Part shown: positions 26,847 to 27,195 of the stretch, one piece after another | Layout: each line of letters begins with the position of its first letter | How positions within the stretch are numbered: position 1 is the first letter of the stretch | NCBI GenBank assembly: GCA_036574205.1 | Contig: JAINCQ010000006.1 | Location: 1 to 27,195, forward strand | DNA from: Elusimicrobiota bacterium | GTDB lineage: Bacteria; Elusimicrobiota; Elusimicrobia; Elusimicrobiales; UBA9959 | Length of the DNA stretch: 27,195 nucleotides | Reading direction: 5' to 3' | Notes under the pieces: model-generated | Told to the model about the DNA's origin: nothing | The model's input: only the letters and a program-made list of their open reading frames with translations | The model's database searches: none | Program-made: the position numbers and the translations under genes

Positions 26847-27038
26847 ATTAAACTTACATTTATCCAGTTCTAATCTGTCTTCTAATAGAACTTTTGTTTT
26901 CAAAACTTTTTTGCTTCGCGGTTACACCGCGTTGGCGACTCCGCGCCAAACTCTCCCTGAGCAGAAAACCCACGTTAAGTCGAGCGCAGCCACCCTTCAA
27001 CTAATTAAATCTTTCTAAAAGACTTACACTAAAAATAA

Positions 27039-27047
27039 ATTATATCA
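27039..27047 (-). promoter_or_regulatory. Possible extended -10 promoter for tRNA-Ser
   Basis: TG-A-TATAAT on the minus strand about 190 bp upstream of the tRNA. The AT-rich background lowers specificity. Confidence 0.4.
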
Positions 27048-27071
27048 ATTTTTGTAATCCAATTACTAAAA

Positions 27072-27195
27072 ACGAATCAAATCATGTAAAATGTAACCAT
27101 AAGGCTAAATGTCAACTCATTTAAAATGTAACTGAAATTTATATAATGTAACCCTCAATAAAGGAGGGTTGCATTATGAAGTTGAGGTTCAAAAT
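27072..27195 (+). repeat. ~120-bp direct repeat, copy B; ORF MKLRFK.. starts at 27176 and leaves the window
   Basis: Aligns with 25583-25701; three AATGTAAC motifs, AAAGGAGG RBS. Confidence 0.7.

Noticed and set aside
26498..27018. ORFs 26498-26701, 26562-26873 and 26767-27018
   Set aside because: They overlap the tRNA and its GC-rich repeats, so open frames are explained by composition.
1..27195. CRISPR array
   Set aside because: No regularly spaced 25-45-bp direct repeats with unique spacers and no cas genes. The periodicity near 9520-9950 is protein-coding.

Overview
AT-rich bacterial chromosomal segment that is mostly housekeeping genes. The left minus-strand run is cupin-buk-ptb-AAA-SEC-C-Pif1/WYL helicase-coaD. 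It is followed by radC, a rhodanese gene, two secreted repeat proteins, parAB with a promoter and a parS-like palindrome, asd, nfo, pgeF, a Memo/AmrB gene, dapB-dapL, an alpha/beta hydrolase, mltA, a PD-(D/E)xK-like gene and tRNA-Ser(UGA). Four accessory signals stand out. (1) A decaying RiPP-like cluster at 17388-20439 contains a radical SAM/SPASM pseudogene, an unannotated 35-aa peptide with tandem GACC motifs, an intact family-5 solute-binding protein lacking a signal peptide, and an ABC ATPase split by a stop codon. (2) A ~195-bp structured intergenic repeat occurs in four copies plus one diverged partial copy, with compensatory changes in its dyads and shuffled BoxC/REP-like satellite modules. 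(3) tRNA-Ser is flanked by copies of its own 3' and 5' ends inside hairpin-rich repeats. (4) Small relics include an IS30 end, a TPR fragment, a duplicated possible IS end and a homopolymer-frameshifted ORF coupled to dapB. All calls come from reading motifs by eye; no database searches were run.
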